From: an uncultured Candidatus Saccharibacteria bacterium
GTDB taxonomy: Bacteria; Patescibacteriota; CALEFQ01
DNA: 64,000 nt
NCBI GenBank assembly: GCA_965230955.1
Contig: OZ246404.1
Location: 289,184 to 353,183, forward strand
Reading direction: 5' to 3'
Numbering within the stretch: position 1 is the stretch's first letter; every line of letters starts with the position of its first letter. Positions 60,650-64,000 of this stretch are shown one piece after another. Both the position numbers and the translations under genes were made by a program. The notes under the pieces were generated by a model, which saw nothing but the letters and a program-made list of their open reading frames with translations, did no database searches and was not told the origin of the DNA.

Positions 60650-61060
60650 CTAATTACTTTTCTGTCCAAAATCTGGATGTTGAGATAGAAAAGTATCCAG
60701 AGTGTTTTTGTCGGTAAACATGATCAGGTTACAATCATCATGCCCTTCGATAGTTCTGCCGTAATCGCTTTTAGCGAGCCAGATGGTATCAAAAGGCTGG
60801 GGCCATTTGTCACCGGCCAAAAGTGATCGGGATTCGTTCCAGCTGATAATTTCCACTTTCTTGAGAAGTTGGCTTGATTGTGGCAATATCAGCAATTGAG
60901 GCGAATCACCTTTGGGGGAGTAAGAAATGTTTAGAATCTTAATCTCCTGTACTTCCCATAAGGGTGCAGCCTCCGCCCGCAAGCTGATGTAAACCACGCC
61001 GGCAACGAAAAAAAGGGCAATGGTTAGGGCAATGCTAAAGGGATGTTTTATTACTGCCAT
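60650..61060 (-). CDS. Hypothetical exported protein
   Basis: AAAGGAGG 5 nt upstream; N-terminal TM. Confidence 0.6.
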   Translation of the reverse strand: MAVIKHPFSIALTIALFFVAGVVYISLRAEAAPLWEVQEIKILNISYSPKGDSPQLLILPQSSQLLKKVEIISWNESRSLLAGDKWPQPFDTIWLAKSDYGRTIEGHDDCNLIMFTDKNTLDTFLSQHPDFGQKSN

Positions 61061-61264
61061 AAAGACCTCCTTTGTTAGCAGTCAATGAGAAAACTAGGGC
61101 TAAATTAACAATTATTCAGGGGCCGGTCAAGTAGTTTTTCCATTAGACAAGGGGCGTTTCTTATGGTAATTTATAAGTAGCTAAAACTGTGCAAAACTGG
61201 TGTTTTTGGTTAATTATCTTAGTTAGTTTTGCATTATGAATTTTGAATTCTGAATTATCTTCTT

Positions 61265-62308
61265 ATGCTTGAACTCTTTGAATTCCAAGATCCGGAGAAG
61301 GTGAATAACCTGATCTTTGTATTGGCAATGTCGATCGGGTCTTTTGGTTTGGCTATGGCTCTGACCCCGTTGTTGACTCATTTTTTGTACAAATACAAAT
61401 TTTGGAAAGTCCAACAGAAAAAATCGGAAGTGACGGGAGAACAAACTCCGATTATTCAAAAACTTCACGCTCAAAAACACCAGCGTAATCTGCCGACCAT
61501 GGCCGGAGTGCTGATTGTTTTTGTGGTGATTGCGCTTACTTTGGTTTTCAATCTCGATCGTTCGCAGACATTTTTGCCCCTGTTTGCGATCGGCAGTTTC
61601 GCCGTGATTGGGATTATCAACGATTATATCAATGTTCGCCGGATTGGCGCCTCGGCCGGTATCAGTTCGCGTTTGAAATGGATTTTACTTCTGGCTTTGG
61701 CCGCAGGTTGCGCCTGGTGGTTTTACTATAAACTGGGTTGGAGCACCATTCATATCCCAGCTTGGGGCGATTTGGAAATCGGTTGGTGGTATTTCCCGCT
61801 GTTCATGCTCGTCATTGTTTCTACCGCCAATGCGGTCAATATTACCGATGGTTTGGATGGTTTGGCCGGCGGGTTGACTTCGATGGCTTTCGGCGCTTTT
61901 GGTGCGATTGCTTTTGCCCGAGGACAGATCGGTCTGGCGGTTTTTTGCGCCACGGTTATGGGAGCGCTATTGGCCTATACTTGGTTCAATATTTATCCGG
62001 CGCGTTTCATCATGGGCGATACCGGCTCACTGGCGCTGGGAGCGACGCTGGGCGTGGTGGCCATGCTGACTAATTCGGTTTTGATTTTACCGATCATCGG
62101 TTTTGTTTTCGTGATTGATACCGGGTCTTCCTTACTCCAGTTATCTTCGAAAAAACTTTTCAAGCGGAAGATTTGGCCGATCGCGCCGCTACATCATTAT
62201 TTTGAATACAAGGGCTGGCCGGAGACCAAGGTGACGATGCGCTTCTGGGTGATCGGGGCGATTTTCGCCATCATCGGCCTGGCGATTGGGTTGATTGGCA
62301 GGGGGTAA
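61265..62308 (+). CDS. mraY: Phospho-MurNAc-pentapeptide transferase
   Basis: PTMAG, NAVNITDGLDGL, FMGDTGS, APLHH.FE..GW.E. Confidence 0.95.
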   Translation: MLELFEFQDPEKVNNLIFVLAMSIGSFGLAMALTPLLTHFLYKYKFWKVQQKKSEVTGEQTPIIQKLHAQKHQRNLPTMAGVLIVFVVIALTLVFNLDRSQTFLPLFAIGSFAVIGIINDYINVRRIGASAGISSRLKWILLLALAAGCAWWFYYKLGWSTIHIPAWGDLEIGWWYFPLFMLVIVSTANAVNITDGLDGLAGGLTSMAFGAFGAIAFARGQIGLAVFCATVMGALLAYTWFNIYPARFIMGDTGSLALGATLGVVAMLTNSVLILPIIGFVFVIDTGSSLLQLSSKKLFKRKIWPIAPLHHYFEYKGWPETKVTMRFWVIGAIFAIIGLAIGLIGRG

Positions 62309-62374
62309 GTAACAAGTAACAAGTAACAAATAGGAATATATCTATTTTTGTTACTTTTTACCTGATACCTGTTA
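62306..62374. repeat. TAACAAG/CTTGTTA heptamer inverted array
   Basis: TAAG TAACAAG TAACAAG TAACAAA ... TTGTTAC...CCTGTTA. Confidence 0.8.
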
Positions 62375-62383
62375 ATTGTTTCC

Positions 62384-63517
62384 ATGTTTCTCAAAAAAGA
62401 TAAAAAAGAGCCGCCAAAGTATTATGTCTGGATTCTCCTGGGGATTATTGTGTTTGGCCTGATCCTTTGGGTTTGGCAATGGTGGCAAGCTCGCTTGCCG
62501 GAGGATCCGAAAAAGGCCGTGGCGGAAGTGACGGCCAAAATGGATAAGATCAAATCGGTCGACCTGCAAATCACCCATGTCTTATCCGCTCCGGATAGTG
62601 AAGCGGTCGAGGTTAGCGCGCAGGTTGAGCTGAAGCTTCCCGATGAATATCAAGGAAAAATGAAAATCACCGGTCCTGATTCATTTCTGAAAGATTTGCC
62701 GTTTTCGGCCGAGCGTGATTTCGCGCGAATTCAGCACAAAGAGTATACCCGGGATCAGGGCCAGGCCGACTGGGTTGATCAGTCGGTTGATCCGGATTAT
62801 GTCCCATTTTTGAAAATTGAACCGTTGTCATTCCTGAATTTTTCTTTGGACAACGCCGACATTGCTCGGGAAAAAGACGAAACAATCGCGGGCACAAATT
62901 ATGCCGTGTATTCTTTCGGCTATTCTCGGGAAAAATTGGCGGAAGCTCTCAAGCCTTTCTCTCTTTTGATTGATGAAATTCCGGCGGAGGCGGAAGTCCG
63001 CGGGCAAATTTGGTTTAATCCCAAAACTAGATTGCTCTACCAACAAAAAGTGTCGGTGCTATTGCCGGGGCTGGGCGGAGAAGAAGCCACGACGGTTTTT
63101 TCGGATTATGACGGAATGGTGATGATAACTCCTATGGATAAAGTCGTGTCGGCGACGCCGGCTGATTCCGGGCAAACCAACCAGGAAGGCAGTCAAGAGC
63201 GCGAGGAGCGCAATCAGAAACGGCAGGTCGATTTATTGGCAATCAAAGCCGCGCTGGAAAAAATCTACGATGACGAGCATGTTTACCCCGAATCGGCCGA
63301 ATCGGCTAACATCGGCGATGATCAGTCGGAAGTTCATCAGAAACTTTTGAAATACTTAAAAGAAGTGCCGGCCGATCCCCAGTCGCCGAAATATTATTAC
63401 GCCTATAAATGCACCGGGGGAGAACAATTCGAGCTGACCGGTATTCAGGAAAGCGAGGCCGGCAGTCCTAAAGTCATCATGCTGACTCAGGGGTTTGATT
63501 ATTTTAAAGATAAGTAA
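62384..63517 (+). CDS. Membrane-anchored protein with LolA/LppX-like region and pilin/GspG-like C-terminus
   Basis: TM; 'RNQKRQVDL..IK.ALE..Y....YP', 'VPADP...YYY.Y'. Confidence 0.55.
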   Translation: MFLKKDKKEPPKYYVWILLGIIVFGLILWVWQWWQARLPEDPKKAVAEVTAKMDKIKSVDLQITHVLSAPDSEAVEVSAQVELKLPDEYQGKMKITGPDSFLKDLPFSAERDFARIQHKEYTRDQGQADWVDQSVDPDYVPFLKIEPLSFLNFSLDNADIAREKDETIAGTNYAVYSFGYSREKLAEALKPFSLLIDEIPAEAEVRGQIWFNPKTRLLYQQKVSVLLPGLGGEEATTVFSDYDGMVMITPMDKVVSATPADSGQTNQEGSQEREERNQKRQVDLLAIKAALEKIYDDEHVYPESAESANIGDDQSEVHQKLLKYLKEVPADPQSPKYYYAYKCTGGEQFELTGIQESEAGSPKVIMLTQGFDYFKDK

Positions 63518-63586
63518 CAAGTAACAGGTAACAAGTAACAAATTGGAAAAACAGCCATTTTGTTACCTGTTACTTGTTAACTGTTA
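63511..63586. repeat. TAACAAG/CTTGTTA heptamer inverted array
   Basis: TAACAAG TAACAGG TAACAAG TAACAAA ... TTGTTAC CTGTTAC TTGTTAA CTGTTA. Confidence 0.85.
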
Positions 63587-63596
63587 ATTGAATCAT

Positions 63597-64000
63597 ATGT
63601 ACGATATCATCATTCGCCAGGGGACGATTATTGACGGTACCAATCGCCGGAAGTATTTGGGCGATGTCGGTATCAAAAACGGGCGTATCGCAAAAATTGG
63701 AGAACTAAAAAATGACCGAGCGACCAGCATTATCGAAGCCAAGGAAAAATTGGTTGTGCCTGGTTTTATTGATATTCTCAATCACAGCGATGGCTACTGG
63801 ACGATGTTTAATTTCCCCCGAGTGGAAAGTCTGACCCATCAGGGGATTACGACTATGATTGGCGGCGGGAGCGGGACTTCTCTGGCTCCGCTGGTTTCAC
63901 CTCAAACTATTCAGACCATTCGGCGTTGGACCAATGTGGAAGAAATCACCCTGAACTGGTTGACGGTGGCGGAATTGTTGGATGAAATTGAGCGCCAGAA
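63597..64000 (+). CDS. N-acyl-D-amino-acid deacylase-like amidohydrolase (runs off window)
   Basis: MYDIIIRQGTIIDGT...DVGIKNGRI, PGFIDILNHSD, QGITT. Confidence 0.85.
   Translation, partial: MYDIIIRQGTIIDGTNRRKYLGDVGIKNGRIAKIGELKNDRATSIIEAKEKLVVPGFIDILNHSDGYWTMFNFPRVESLTHQGITTMIGGGSGTSLAPLVSPQTIQTIRRWTNVEEITLNWLTVAELLDEIERQ

Noticed and set aside
1-64000. Alternative genetic code (TGA read as Gly or Trp)
   Set aside because: Conserved genes are full length under code 11 and TGA ends several ORFs.
1-64000. Prophage, IS or integron
   Set aside because: No integrase, transposase, phage structural gene or attC array recognised.

Overview
Chromosomal segment that looks like a Patescibacteria (CPR) genome. 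This is inferred from the gene repertoire, the mostly Shine-Dalgarno-less core genes and a direct-repeat LexA box; TGA is used as a stop, so code 11. It carries about 65 CDSs, including rarA, lexA-dinB, mraZ-rsmH-ftsL-ftsI-murF, hrcA-grpE-dnaK...dnaJ with a perfect CIRCE, aspS, scpAB, a D,D-carboxypeptidase and mraY, plus five CCA-encoding tRNAs and many exported proteins. No CRISPR array, rRNA, transposase, integrase or prophage was found. Most notable: (1) a ~95-nt structured element in two copies, each between a duplicated tRNA 5' end and the intact tRNA, plus tRNA 3'-end remnants bracketing single-gene inserts; (2) about 20 intergenic heptamer-repeat inverted arrays that often start at a stop codon and end just before the next start; (3) two split 2-hydroxyacyl-CoA dehydratase/activase-type (PlsA/PlsR/Ger-like) clusters, one next to a B12 radical SAM gene and one between dnaK and dnaJ, suggesting lipid remodelling; (4) unannotated small ORFs in the lexA-dinB unit; (5) several nested palindrome families. 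Family assignments come from reading motifs; no searches were run.
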